Source: Balanoglossus misakiensis
Lineage: Eukaryota; Animalia; Hemichordata
NCBI GenBank assembly: GCA_040954595.2
Contig: CM082589.2
Location: 6,755,186-6,819,185 of the forward strand
Length of the DNA: 64,000 nt
Direction: 5' to 3'
The notes beneath the pieces were generated by a model. The model saw nothing but the letters and a program-made list of their open reading frames with translations, was not told where the DNA came from and searched no databases. Below are positions 40,046-54,405 of the stretch, in pieces (position 1 is the stretch's first letter; each line of letters starts with the position of its first letter). The translations under genes were made by a program, and so were the position numbers.

Positions 40046-40105
40046 AGTGACACCTATCTTTGTGGACACCTCTCTAATCAGGACACTTCTCTATTAAAGG
40101 GACAA
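40046..40105. mobile_element. Possible terminal fragment of a DNA-transposon-derived repeat
   Basis: cagtgacacct...ggacacctctctaat..ggacacttctctatt..ggaca: tandem GGACAC-CTCT subterminal motifs. No partner end was found. Confidence 0.25.
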
Positions 40106-42433
40106 TAGCTTGGCTTTATTTTCAGTATTTTTGAACTTTGTGTCAAATGCAATATTTCTTGTTCTCTACTCCAAACAGCATGTGCTAATACATGTATATA
40201 CCCAGTACTCTGCTTGTCGACATAGCCAGTTTATGTGTAACGGCCATTGTTATTGTTGACATATGAATTCTAGTCTGGATTTAATTCAAATTTTGCACAG
40301 TAACAGTGCTGGTTATATTAAGGCTGTTTTGACAAGCTAAATAATGAGCATTTTATCATGCTTCAGGGATTTGAACAAGAAACTGCAGTAGATACCCAGA
40401 ACAGAAATACTAAAAAACATAGCGAAAAGTTATAGTTGATGGAGCTTTAAAGTTTAAGGACAGTTTGTCTGCTGTTTCACTGAAAAATTAGAATGTTAAA
40501 CAAACTCTGACTTATCAAATGGAAACGAAAAATCTGACGTCAGGTGTGCATGATTACTGTTGTCAGTTGACTGTTTTCAGTTGTAGAGTTGCAGAGTGGA
40601 AACCATGACTCTGTCACTGAGGGCACTGCGATATTTTTTTTTCACAGCGGTCTCTTGGGTAAACTCATTACACACCCACAGACGAGATCATGACACAAAT
40701 CATAAATTACCCACATTATCCTCATAATTACCTATCTTTAACCTTGGTCCTTACTTCGTGAAACCATTTATCATGTTGTTGTATTTTTTCTCAATCTTCC
40801 TACCCCCCTGTGGGAGTTTTAAAATGGAACGACCTGTCATAGAATATAATGCGGGTTGTTCTATAGTTTCTGTCGGAATAGGGGTGGTATCTACGCTGCC
40901 CTTTGGATGACTTTGGTTTGCTACATGAAACCCCTGAGGTGAAAAAAGTAGTGTAAATATTAGCATTTAAGACTATGATGTGCGTAACAGTGGTTGCTGG
41001 AGATGAACATTCTACATCTATGAGATTTTTGTTTTGATGGTATGCTTGGATGAGAATTCAAAAATTTGCTCATTTGTAACATTTGTAGGCAAAACGTAGC
41101 ACAGTGACTACAAAGTAAAATTTTACCAAAAAATGGTTGATTGAGCAAAAGTTTGATGTTCTGAGGCGTAAAAATCGTTTCTTGTTATCGTAATTAATCT
41201 TCTGTATTTTTATGTGTTTTATAATGAATGAGGTTGTGTTTTCAAGGAGGAAATTCACTATAATTCTGAAGGACGGTAGAAAATAGGATAGGAACGGAGA
41301 ATTTTCCTGAAATGGGATATAGTATATCTCGTGTTTGGAGCTCTGTCGGTGTTCGAGGGATATGGCAACGTGTTGTGGAGCTGGTTGGGCTCAATGCCGT
41401 TGGATTGTTTGTGTGTCAGACACAGCGGGTGCGAGTTTGCAACAAGTAACGAACCAGGGAAATTCAGAAGAGAGAGATAGAGAGAGAGAAAAAAAATTGA
41501 GTCAATGAAGCAGATGGCAGATGGCCTGATGAATAAGAGAATTCAAATAAATAAGCTCGCACTTATCCTCATGAGGCTGGGAGATTTTCCTGTGGGATTT
41601 GGTTGAAAAGATTTCACCTAAATAACTGCTACAGAGCTGTTTGCGCAGCCTTGCTTTGTGCCGTGCCGACAAGATCCGTAGAGAAATACCCCAATTTTTG
41701 GCTTTATTTTGGCTAAACTGTTAAAAAGGGGGCTGTTCCCGCAAACGTCCATCGCCGGGCCACCCCTCTGCGGGGAATCAAAGTTGCTCTCGCAGGCGAG
41801 CTGGTTCATTGTTACTTAAGAATTATGGATGTCGGGAAATGTTAATTAGCAATGACTGAGACAAATGGCGGCCGGGGTTTTGTTTTTGCGGTGGTGAGAT
41901 CATGTGTTTCGGGACGGAGATCGCTGCGAGAGCGGTAGGTCGGGACGCTGTGCGAGACAGCAAAGCTCAGGAAGCCTGTTGAAAGAGCGTGTGTGTGACT
42001 GTACCTCCGTTGATTGAGAGACTCTTTAGTACATTCACTGGCCAATCTGTACTATACTACGGTATACAATCACACATGCATGGCAGGTTGCTTGCCTGTG
42101 TGTTTGTTGTCAGATAGTAGTAGTACACACACACGTACACACACGCGGTACATGGACTGGCGAAAGTGACGGCTGTTTGCGCAAGCGATTTATTAAATCC
42201 TGCGGCGACCCCTCCCCCCCACGGATGTGTTCCACAGGCCATCTAGCAAGCTTCACCCAGTGAGAAAAAGAGAGAGAGAGAGAGAGAGTCCATCCTTCTG
42301 GCAGCTAACGGTTGGTAAGTGAAAGTCCTGTGCCGTTTCAGGCAGTCTGTCTAAGTCTAAGTTCTTTCAGCATGTCAGGGTAGACCCCAGCCTTTGTGAG
42401 AAGGTCAGGTACTGGACCTCGGACCGGTATGAA

Positions 42434-42515
42434 TGAGTCATATATATAGTAGCCTAGTACTGTGAGCCAACCACGGGGTATAAAAGAAAAACATCCTCCC
42501 GTACGCTCAAGTCAC
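42434..42515 (+). promoter_or_regulatory. Candidate TATA-Inr core promoter with upstream AP-1 site
   Basis: TGAGTCA at 42434-42440, an AT-rich MEF2/CArG-like tatatatag at 42441-42449, and a consensus TATAAAAG at 42479-42486. A TCA initiator-like A sits at 42509, 30 nt after the TATA start. The module is preceded by a CpG-rich stretch (~41640-42240) with a YY1-type AAATGGCGGC at 41863. Confidence 0.5.
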
Positions 42516-42830
42516 ATTGTGCTTGCGCGAGTGTGTGTAGTAGTATCCACTGTAGCAGCCCTAGCCTTCCATCTCAACGATAATGACTCATTTAGCATCA
42601 CTACGATAACCCTGCAGTTGTGAAAACAAGCATGTCCACTTCGCCCTGCATCTGTGAGGAATCTGTGCCGCGAAACTCTCCAGAAGCAGCGAACCCAGGC
42701 AGCAAACAAGGTGGCCAGCCGGAGCTCTTGGAGTCCCCGTGTTTTGATAAAAACCCCGGCTCCCTCTGTCTGTATAGCCGTGATTTAAGTGTGTAAGCCG
42801 CGTCAATGGTACTTGCGACCCACTCTTCCA

Positions 42831-42851
42831 ATGGACTGTGTGTTTTCTAAG
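42831..42851 (+). CDS. Candidate coding end of a first exon (MDCVFSK), phase-0 donor
   Basis: ATG GAC TGT GTG TTT TCT AAG|GTAAAT. It is the first in-frame ATG after an in-frame TAA at 42786 and lies ~320 nt downstream of the putative TSS. Confidence 0.33.
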
Positions 42852-45800
42852 GTAAATGCACGGTCCCATTGAGCACGTTTTAGTGGTCTATAAATAACAC
42901 CGGCATCTCATCAGCACTTCACTGTTTTATTCCTCTCTCTCTGGGTCTCTATGATGTGCTCGTTGTAGCCTGACTGCACGCTGTACTTCACTCACTGTGT
43001 TCTCTTGATCGCCTCAATACCCGTGCTGTGTGTCAGCTTCATTCACGGGGAGAAGAAGAAAAAAACACACCAAACTCGCACAAGTGGTGCTTTCTGGCAG
43101 AACCCAACTGTGCACCCTAGTTGTGGCTAATGAGAACACGCAGTGGGCTTATATCAATTTAACTATCATAAAAGGGAGAGAGAAAAAAACAGTCTTCCAG
43201 TTGATTGATGATGCATTTATTAATTTTCCACGGATAAATTTTGGATGTACCGGTACAGCGTGTTTTTATGCACACGTTTTTGCGCGAGTGCAATATGAAT
43301 GAATGGCCTGAAGTATACTCATAGCTGACAAGAGCATTATTAATGGGGAAACGCCACCAACACAATGTTAAATTACCGTGTAGAACATTTTTTATGGTGA
43401 ATTGATAAGATAAATAACAGCGAAATAGGATTTGAGCGACAAATAACGCGATGAAAAGGAGGTGTAAATTTGTGTAAATTAGCAAATGATGGAATTTGGC
43501 AGTTGGCTGAGGTTGATAGCAGTGTTATAATTTCAAGATTTTATGTACGTTTGAAATAGAGTACTGTACAGATCACCAAATACATCTACACCAAGCTAGT
43601 ATCACATATGGTAGCATCAACATCTGTCTTAGAGCTTCACTATTTTGTTTATTTCAGGTGTAATGTGCTTTAAGTTGACAGAACGTAGAGCTAACTGTTT
43701 CTCATTTTGAAATAACTGATCATCTTTTCCACGCGAGTGACACTGAACATTTCTAATTACATTTACAGTCAACTGTTTTTTTATCGGCCCAAAAGATTGA
43801 TATTTTAAATCTCTCTTTAACCCCAGCGAACAAGGACGTGAAAATTAAAAATATGCACGGTTCTGTGTTGGTTCATTAAAAACATAATGATAGTCGTTTG
43901 TGTGATGTAATTGATGTATTTAATTAACCTTGCGTTTTGAAGGGCAGGTGGATATGAACAAAGGTCGCATGCTCAGTAATGACTAGTGGATTTGATGTTG
44001 AGCTGTTTGTCGGCCCGGTTCAAATGTGCAGTCCAAGCCCGGTGGTGGACTAGAAATATAACATGCCTATTTCACCTCGTGGGGATCATTTAGATACACA
44101 CTATTGAGTCAAATCGGTGATTTCAGCGACCATTTACGCCGGCGAGCGAACGTAAGCTGATGATCTACCGTACTCCTGCGCTGGCTTGATCATGTGACCT
44201 ATCTCTGAGGCATGTCATATGCTGTTTAGTTCAGCGAAGTTTAGTAGAAATCCGGGGAATGGACGGCGAATTATGAATTGCCCGCTGATTTACTTTCCCT
44301 GTGCCATAGGACGTTTACTGTCTGTCATAATTATCCGCTGTGTTTTGATCGGTCGCAACATTGCACGCATCGTTACCATGTCAGTGCTGTCGAAAAAATT
44401 GCAATATTGCAGCTAATTTTGTTTTGATGACCTTTGTTATATTTTTTTACTCTTTACTGATCATGTCTGTTTTCTTTATTTTCTAGTATAATTATTCTTG
44501 CATAGAAAAGTGAAAGTCTATAATGGACTTGACAATTCAGCTTTTGCGTATTCAGTAGTATTTTACTCATTGAAATCTAAGGTTCGTCTTAAATTTTCAC
44601 AGATAATTTACAGTTTCTCTCAGACTCTGTTTTTTCGGTGCGATATTTACTGTCCTTGGAAAATCTTTGCCTGCAGAAACAGCTTGTTTAATATTCTTGC
44701 CATTTGCAAGCCAATGTACCATTCTTGTTGTGTGTTTTTTTTTCTGTAATTCATAATTCATGTTATTATGAAAATCTCATCGCTTGATTGCCACTGCATT
44801 AATTCAGTTTAACAGCTGCTAAGTCTGAAAATAAATTCCCCTGGAAAAAGCAAGAACAGATTTTATTATATAGCTCAAAGCTCACAGTCCAGATTTGCCT
44901 GTAAGAGTGGTACTTCCGAAGCCAATCTGTTGTCATATTGTTTGGCATGAAAATCTCTGCAAAAAAGTTTTGATTGTTTAAGAGTTTGAAATGCATTGCA
45001 ACCAGCCTTGATATTTTGTTTTGAATGAAGGAGAATAAGGGGATTGTTTTTGTGGATTTTATGATGTATGATGTAAAAAAACGGGCAGTTCTTGTTCATC
45101 CGACACAGAATGGACATACTGAGACTGCCACCTTGATTTGTTGCCATAGCGTAGCAAGGTAGCCATAACCGGCATTCCTCCTATGCGGGCCGCCATCACT
45201 GAGGTCAAAGGTCGGCGCAGGTGTCAATCACTTGAAATGTTAACTGGTGTGAAATTTTTGAAAATAGATCCCTGTAACATTGGCATCGGCGCTGTTTCGT
45301 GGTAGTTTGGCTCTGTTTGAGTATTCCTCTGTCCTCATACAGAATTTTTGATATTTTATAGATTTTCTGAAATCGTCCACACTCCAAATAAATCTCTCAT
45401 AACTTTTAGGCTGGACTTGAAATATCTTTTCAAGTGATTTTTGAAGTTCGACTCACAGTTTTAATTCTAAAAACAAAAACTTCCTGGTATAGGTTCATTT
45501 CGTTCTCATGAGGAGAACATATTTAATATACGATTAAGAATAGACCCTCTAAACTTTGGTATATGGTTTGGGTGTGTGCTTATTTTTGGTCTAACAATAA
45601 CCAAGCTTGCAGGATATCCTATTTCAGGGAAACCACTGTTTCTGTACACCCACAGTATTTTATCAGCTCCGACCAAATTGATGGAACAAATTGAGTCAAA
45701 AGTTATTTCATGCCGAGCCTCGTACATCATAAATCACATTAAATGGATCATAATTGTAATTATATGAGAGGGGCAATATCACAATAGCCCCGACAGAGAG

Positions 45801-48044
45801 AGTATGATGCATAATATCAATTTATTGTTCTCTGCAGAATGGAGGGTTAAATATTAATAACCGAGAAATATTTTTTGATGCCAGAGATAAAAGATAATTA
45901 TGTTTTGAGTAATTACGGCGTACATGGAAATTTTAATGTGTGACCTGTCTGGGCCTGAGTTATATCTCAATTGTCTTTTGTGTGGGGGAGATGGGGGGGG
46001 GGGGGAATAAATGGGCTAGGTTTTACAGTTACATGGTGAGGACTCAAATTGCCTTGGTGTTTAATGTTATTGTTTTAAACTATCAGTTCTGAATGTAATG
46101 TTCATAGAAGTATATATGCGAGCAAAATAAGACAACTGATGTGAATTTCTATCATTCTCTGTGAGGGTCTTTTGTTGCGTTTCGCCACCTGGGAACAGAA
46201 CTGGAAAACACTAAAAATAAGCCACTAAAACAGCATGTTCGAGACTCTTTAATGGGGAGGGGGGGGGGGCGGGATCAGTGTGGTTTTACTCAGTGCAAAA
46301 AAAAAGTAACCACCAGGTGAAGATCGACGAAATCTGAACTTTGGTGGGAAAAATAAAACCAATAATTTGTCAATCCCGATTCGAGAATTACATGATTGGA
46401 GATCGAGAAATGATTTGCAGTTGATAGGAAATCTGAGGAGGGCATCTTCCTCGGGCTCGAGTCAATCTCAGTGCCTCCAGGACGTATTTCTGGGCAATTT
46501 TCCATTTGTGCCACTCAGTGGAGATTCCTACTTGGTGAGGGACGCTGTCTGTGTGTCTGCCTGTCGGTCTTTAACTCCGTGACATTGACTTGTAACCCGT
46601 TACCAGTATCGCTATAAAAAGTAAAGTTTCCCTGTCCTTTCACTCCAATTATAAATGACAGCTACATTGTTTGCTCCGGCGGTCCCCCCCCCCCCTCCCC
46701 AATGAATAAAGTCTGTTCATTTGTCCTCCCAAGGCTTGTATGTCGAGGTTATGTCAATAGACTAGCATCTAAGAAAAACCAGCCCCCCTCCCCTCCTCTA
46801 TTGACTCAGCACAACAATCTTTTTACGTTCTCTTAAAGTTGACAGTTTTCTTTCTCTCCCATCTGCGCGACTTATTCTCCATCTGTAAATATAGCCAATT
46901 ACCCGGTATCTTTTCATTTCACTGTTTAGCCTCTGTAATTTGCGTCTTTATCCGGCCGTTTTTTTTTTTTCTTCTCCATCCCGGCTTTCAGTGGCGGTCT
47001 GATCCATTTCCTTATACCATGTGATTTCCACTCTTTCCATCACGCTGGAACATTAGCTCCATTGTTGTTGCCGTCCCAAATCTTTTTAAAGAAATCCTGT
47101 GGTCTTTATTTCACCGAGATTTCCCGCCACTCGGACAATTGGGAGACCGGTAATCCGGGCATATTTACTGAAAGTTAGAATCCCTCGTGTGCTTATTAAT
47201 TTATCACAGAAAATTCTTTTACCTATTAATTTGCTCCTGCCTATTTTACATTAAAAGAGGATTAAGATTTGTAGTTTACCAGAAATTGAATTTCTTATTT
47301 AAAAAAATCTAATATTACTTTATTTATAACACCCTATCAGAATATTGACCCTTTACTTCAAAATGTTTACAATTTTTTGTCTATTTCTTGCTAAAAGCAT
47401 CTCAAAAATGGTTTATTTTTAAAGATTCACCATTTTTTTGTCAGCGCCAAACAGACTGGAATTTCCCTGGAATATCGCCCAGTGTTGCTGTCTGTCTGCC
47501 CCAGTGACTATCTGGCATCAACCAGAAATTTAATTATTGGAAAGGTTCTTGCCTAAAAGCGATGTTAGGGGCACAACTTCTGGTATCAGTAACTTACAGT
47601 CAAACGTGACTGTGTTTTTCAACAGAAAACCCATCACATAAACCAAAACAACAAAAATAATGCAAGAAATAAAAAAAACATTTAGATAAATTTCGTGTAA
47701 TGAAAAACATGTGAAAGGCAATAGATTAACCACATAGTGCCAGTCAGAAGTCGCCGTCACCATGACAACCTCTCCTAACTTGATTTACTGCTACTGTGTA
47801 TAAGTGTATTGTTTATTTACTTATGGCTGGGAGAGGGCTAATGAGTAGGTGTTAATTGTTGACAATAGAGTGTGAAAGACTCGTTAAGTCAACAAAAGCT
47901 TGATCCAAAATGGAGATAGGAAGGCCAGTCTGCGATTATGGCTGCCCGGGCTTCCCTGCTGCGTGTGTGCCGTCTCTATGGCTTTGCCTTGTTCCTTCTC
48001 TGTGATGCTCCAAGCTTTTTTGTTTACAGATGTTAAACAAGTGT

Positions 48045-48207
48045 TCTCTGTCTAGGTCTTTGTCCCCCCTGTTTCCCTGTCTCTCTCTATACATCTCTCT
48101 GTCTGTCTCTCTCCCTCTCTCTCTGTCTCTCTCCCTCTCTCTCTCTGTCTCTCTCCCTCTCTCTCTCTGTCTCTCTCCCTCTCTCTCTCTGTCTCTCTCC
48201 CTCTCTC

Positions 48208-48238
<31 letters not shown>

Positions 48239-48480
48239 TTCAAGTTCTCGTAATAAAGATACATGTCAAATTGATATATATATATCTATCTCTATCTGTC
48301 TTTTTGTCTGTCTGTCTGTCTCTCCCTCTCTCTCTGTTCCCCTCTGATCATGCCTCTCTCTCTCTCTCTGTTACGTTTCTGTCCGTCTATGTATTTCTCT
48401 CTATATCTCTTTCTTATCTGTGCGATTTCTGTATGTCTCTCTATCTCTATCTGTCTTCTCTCTCTCCCCATCTCTTCCCC
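48045..48480. repeat. Degenerate (CT)n/(CTGT)n pyrimidine-rich microsatellite
   Basis: Directly visible. Confidence 0.9.
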
Positions 48481-50362
48481 CACCCCTCTTGGCTCCATCC
48501 CTATATCTGAAGACCTCGTTTTTTCTGTCCTGATTTATATTACCGTCTCCGAGTATTCCTTGCAGTTAATATTCCATAAACTACGTCCGTTCAGTAAAAT
48601 GAAGTATTCCTCATCAAAAGTAAATTCATTCCTTTTTGTACAGTCAAGTTGTTATCTACTTTACTGGCCCTTTTTGGTACTTACTTTTCTGCAAGAAAAC
48701 TCAATTTGTAAGGTAAGATTATAAGCGTATGAAGGATAGATGCACATACACATTATACTTTTTCTGAGATTGCTCTAAATTGAATCTTCTGTCATTTTCC
48801 ACCGACTTCGTACTTCGCAATCATTTTTTTGGGTCCATAATTTGAAAAGCTGCAGGGACTGGAGGCCAAATCACTTGACCAGCATTCTGCGAAACAGATT
48901 GGTTGTCAAAAGTTATAGCTAATGGAGCTTTTATCAATTTTTTCAAGTTTTTGCACGTGTTTTAAGATCGTTCACGTCTGGCATTTTGTTTGTTTTTTGT
49001 GAAAAGCATGTCCCCAAATGTGGATCAGGAAACTCGTTGAAACTTAAGAGGATTTCTGCCAAATGACTGCACTAACAAGATTCCCCCTCTATGCAAATTT
49101 GAGACATTTACACCAATCAGGATGGTGGTTTCAGCCGTTCGAAAGAAATCCACATTAGCAAATGAGAAAGCGTTATAGGTAGGCATTAGGGAATTCATAT
49201 CTGCGTTGAAAATTAGAGTATGAATTTTTTAAACCTTCAAACTAAGTTTTATTTCCTGGATAACATTCATCAAATATCTTCATTGGTGGAATTTTCAGAA
49301 AGAGATCTAACCGATGAGATTGATATTAATAAATTATTTTCTGAAGAGTAAAAATATCAAGTAGATTGTGAATAAGTGTACACCAATTATTAAATTCAAA
49401 CTTTATGTTGAACTATGTGTATTGTAACAAGGCTTTACTATACATGACTAATTTAGACCAAGGTTTATTGTGCTAATATCTAACCAATATTTTGCATCGC
49501 ACATGATCCAATCAGTAGGGACTATACCGAACAGATTGTATCTATCTTTTAATCCGTAAGTAACAGACTTTAACACACATTACCGGCTTTTAGTGAGTGC
49601 CGTACGACAACATCCTAAACATATGTTAAACCATAAGCGCACAAATCCATTATCAGTTCAGAACAGGCTTACCTGATAATCAGTGTAAAGCCTCGAAAGA
49701 TCAAAAATACATTGACAATGGATGAGACAAGGTTATTACGTCGACTGCAGAGACTCTGAGCCGACAAAGACGCACTGTGAAAGGCACCGAGTATGACAGT
49801 GACTGCACTGCAAACCGTCAACATCACATCCTTGTTAGAAAAGACGTTAAACTCCATGACTTACCAGATACTAACTTCGCCTAATTGGTTACAAATGACC
49901 CCGAGATTATTTGCTTTTACTATAACCCAATAAAGTTGACTGCGGAGAAGAAGGGTCTTAGGAAAATGTCATAGTAAGGGGGAAAAAAACGCAGATTTTA
50001 GCGTAATTCACCCAAGTCTTTGTTGCTGGTAAATGCGGGGACCGTAAAGGAGATTACATGCAGTTGCCGCCAAGGAGGCAGTGGGAAGATTAGATTTGTG
50101 GCGGAGTGGTTCTTCGACCGAAATACACTGTCAGGAAAGATCGGTTGGTGGACCATCACGCCAACCTTTCTTTACGTGTGCGGCCATTACTGTTCGAACA
50201 AAACACTCGCTTTTAAGGAACGCGATGGCTTGGATTGAATTAGTGAACTGTCCTTAGAATCCTGTCAGCGCTTCTCAGGTAGTGAAGCACAAAATAACCA
50301 GACCCAGGGGGGATTTGTTTCAGCCTGGGTGGAAGCGGGTGAGATTTTGATTAAAGAAATAT

Positions 50363-50533
50363 TGAAGAATTTTGTCGATGAAGAATTATTCATTCAAAAT
50401 TAGAAGTTCTGGATTCAGGGGTATGAAGAATTTTGTCGATGCAGAATTATTCATTCAAAATTAGAAGTTCTGGATTGGTATGAAGAATTTTGTCGATTAA
50501 GAATTATTCATTCAAAATTAGAAGGTCTGGATT
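50363..50533. repeat. Tandem repeat, 3 copies of a 57-61-bp unit
   Basis: tgaagaattttgtcgatgaagaattattcattcaaaattagaagttctggatt starts at 50363, 50424 and 50481. Confidence 0.92.
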
Positions 50534-53500
50534 TGTGTGCCAAAAATTCTTGTAAATTTGGTGTGTTTTTTTGCATGAAAGTATATGAACTGTTTGGTAT
50601 ATTTTTATTTCACATTTCGTAAATATGGAAAACTGTTGCTTGGTTGGTTCTGATTTGATTTCTGTGGGGGATTTCACCAGTTTTTGAATCCTGTCTTTTG
50701 TGGTTTTGACCCACGTTGTCCAGGTTAAAAATAAAAAGAAAGATAGCGTGTTCTGTTCTGAAGTAGCATTTTCTAAATGTAGCCTATACTCCCATTCTTC
50801 ATACACGGGATAGATATTGTCTTTTTTTTCTCTGTGAAACAGACTTTGGAGTCATGCTTGAAAAATAACGGACAAAAAGCAAACTGTATTGAAGTTGGCT
50901 CGGATCGATAGCTATGTTTGTCCATTTTTGTCAGAAACGCTTTGAAATCGTGAATAAACACAGTGGCATGCATTATTGAAATGGCAGCGGTACGTGCGTG
51001 TCTGGAATGCTTTTTCCAAGAGAGGTTATTTGAGCGAAATAAATGACTTCGAACATTCCCTCGCGTATCTGTTTAGTTTAACGTCAAACCGAGAAGTTCT
51101 GGCGTTCTTGACAGGTTTCTAGTGGACCTTTGATTTATGGTGAGGTATTAAAATAATTGGTGTAAATATCCGAGAGATCTTGTAAGAACAACTTGGAAAA
51201 TTACTGGGATATGCTGGCTTGCAGCGATAATGATTTGTTTCTGGGAAAGGCATGGGAAAGAGGCTTCGTTGTGATTTCCAGAAAAATAAATCGTGCAGGT
51301 CTGCTGTGTTCAGTTGGCGGTATCATCCGACCACTGCACAGAAAACAGAAATGACAAAAATTTCTGATTTGGTCAGTAATTGTACTTCAGGCTTTACGAG
51401 CAGATGCCAGGGGAGTAATGGTGTACAAATTGTAATATTAGTATTGTTGTAAAATTGTTTGAATTTCCAGGTTTTTGTCAGATTTGGGTTTGGATATTAC
51501 AGTTTTCCTGAAACAATGTTCAGCCCAATCACCCCTATTTACGAATGCATAGCTCCAACCCTGCCTATTGAAGACAATTGGCTTGAACCACTTTCAGGCA
51601 GTGGAGGGGGAAGTGTCATATACTGGCAGCTAGCGACTATATTTTATCAATTTCATGTATATCAAATTTCAGCCAATGAATATTGTTTCATGCTTCATTA
51701 TTTATTAAGCACATGGAGAAACAGTCATGGCAGAGCAGTGGTGTGGAGCGTTTGGGTTTGAAAATGATTTGAACAAGAAAAAGGGAGGTCTTCAAGTCTA
51801 CAGCAATACTGCTATAGTCAGCCACACACAGGCTGTGTCCAGTTGAATTTTTTCAACTTCCTATAAAGTTTAGGTGTTCTGTTGTAAGTTATTATTTTAA
51901 TTCCTGTGAAAGATGAAAACTGGTTACCCGGAACATGTGTGAAAATAAATCTGACAAGTACGTCACTATCTGTGAGGTGAAAAGAAAATGTGGCAAAATG
52001 GAGAATTGATACCAGTCGAAGGGCCAGGATCTGGTCTCATTCATTGCGTTTGTTTCTTGTGTAGGAACATGCTACTGTAAACAAATGATAAGCTTTAATA
52101 TCGATATTACTTGCTCGGTGAAATCTTTCCAAAGAAGAAATGATTGATGGTTGTTCAAGTCGGGCCAGTGTTTTGCGTCTTTCTCACGAGAGCAACTCCA
52201 GCGAGTGATGACAGGTGACATGTGTTACAACTGGATCTACTTCGGGAGTCGTGTCGGCAAAATCCGACCTGATAAGCTATTTGAACTCCGAGTGCCCAAT
52301 CAAACCGCTTTCAAAATATACAAAGGCATCCACTGCCGGGGTCGGTCGGTCCCCCGACTTTCACGTTTAGAGCAGCTCAGCTAGACCACTGCTGAGGCGA
52401 ACTGTAGTTTTTCAATCAGCTCCTTCACCTGGTGCAGATGTGAGTCCGTCAGAGTGGAATATGAATTATGGTTTTGCGTATAGAGGGGAGATTGAGAATT
52501 TCCTGTCGTGACTCGCAAGTTGCAGACTACTAAAGACGAGGCTGTTTTCACGAAATTCGGTCGTTTGTGTCATTGTGCCATTCTGTACATCTGAAAATGA
52601 GATTCATTTGAAGTCTTACCAGATGAACTTAACATTAGTGATAATTTAGTGTTGATATTACCATTCCGCAAAATAGAGAGTTTTTACCTGGAATTTATTA
52701 ATAAAATCATCACAATTCATGAAAATTACACCCACAGTACATGTACAGCTATCCAGCCAGATGACAACTAAATGATCCTTGTATATTTTTATGAATGTGG
52801 ATGCCACTTCACTTTGAAACTTAAAATAATTGCAGAGAAAATGTAACTTTTAAATCTGTGAGATGCATGTGACATTTATATGGAAGAGAGTGCGTTGTTA
52901 CTGCAAGTGGGTCCTGAAAATACATTAATTAATTTCACCCTAATGTCTTTGTACAATTGGTCTCTGATTGGCTGGTGCCATGGTAACATTAAGAGTGACA
53001 GGAGGATTTGTGTGCTAATAGGGCAATTTAACCCTAAACTTCGCATTCTAATGACACCATCAAATGCAGAGATGACAGTTTAAATCGACGCGGCGCTTGT
53101 TAGCGGCCCTTGTTGTTCATAGCATCAAAACTGGGACCGAGGGGAGGTTGTCGTGTCCAAACCCGACAAGTGATTTCCCCTGATTGTACCAATCACTCTC
53201 TGTTTTCTTCTTCTGGCAAAAAAAAAGTACTTTGGCCGTGGAAGTCTTAGCAATTTTCTGAACAGAGCAAAACAAATTTTTCTCCTGCCTGCCTGCCTAA
53301 CTCACTTTTCCCACGTTTCCCACAACTGTTAGCAATTTGTTTTAGTTGCTTGTCCCAGCCAATCTATCATCTCTTCTATCAAAGAGCTCGCCAAAATTCA
53401 CTGATCATCAAAGTGTGCTGCATTAATTTAAGGGTATGACGACAGAAAATAATCCTGAGTGTTCTATAAAGATACTTTTTTTCATAAGAAACTTAAAATA

Positions 53501-54405
53501 TGGAAGAAACATGTCTGGAATATCTCACAGTGCATCATGGGAAGTTTTGTCATTGTCACTCCCTGGTGGTGATTGGTCAGATATTTTTGCAGTGACGAAA
53601 CCATTTCTCTTTCATGTTCAATTCACATGCATACAGTTCATACATGTACATGTACCTACCCACATCGGACCACCACTAACCCACCCACCCCCTCGCCATC
53701 TGCGGTCTTGCCATTCGTAGTTTGTATTGAAAATTTCAGTGCTACTCAAAAACTAGTCTGTCCGCCCAGAGAATTCTCTGTCCTTGATCTGTCTATAAAC
53801 TATATTGAAGGCTGACTTCCCCCTCCAACAAAAACTCGATGTAGCATCAATATTTGCCTGGCTCTCATAACATCCGTAGCCTGGCATCGTGGAAGACTTT
53901 TCTTGGTGCACACAAGCCCCCATTCTTCTGGGAAAACAGTAAAACAGACCGCATGTCAGAAGGAGTCAAAATATTTGATTTATAGGAATTATTGTTTACC
54001 TGATCATTTCCATCAATGCTTCTTGAATCCATGGAAAACAAACACTTCTCACGTTCAGGGGAAGACATCGGTCGAACACATGATGATTGAGACACTCATC
54101 GTCCGTTGAGAACCACTGTTTCAATTTTCGGTGCGCACATTTTATTTTGAGCTTGCCGCGTGTTTTGTAGTCCTTGCCTGTTATTGATTGAGCAGATATT
54201 TATGACAGAGCCAAGAAAAAAGAAAGACTAAATCTCAGGCTTATCGTGTGTTTTGTAGCACTCGAGATGTGATAACATGCATTTTGGAGACATATGTTGA
54301 TCTTATGGTGACTAAAATGTTCGCAACTTTCGACAGTCATGTCGCTTGTGTTAGATTTATTATAAACTTGTTCAGCTTGCAATTTTTGCAACAGTTCAGT
54401 CTGAT

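Noticed and set aside
50363-50533. Possible CRISPR-like array
   Set aside because: The units are contiguous with no unique spacers, there are no cas genes, and the context is eukaryotic.
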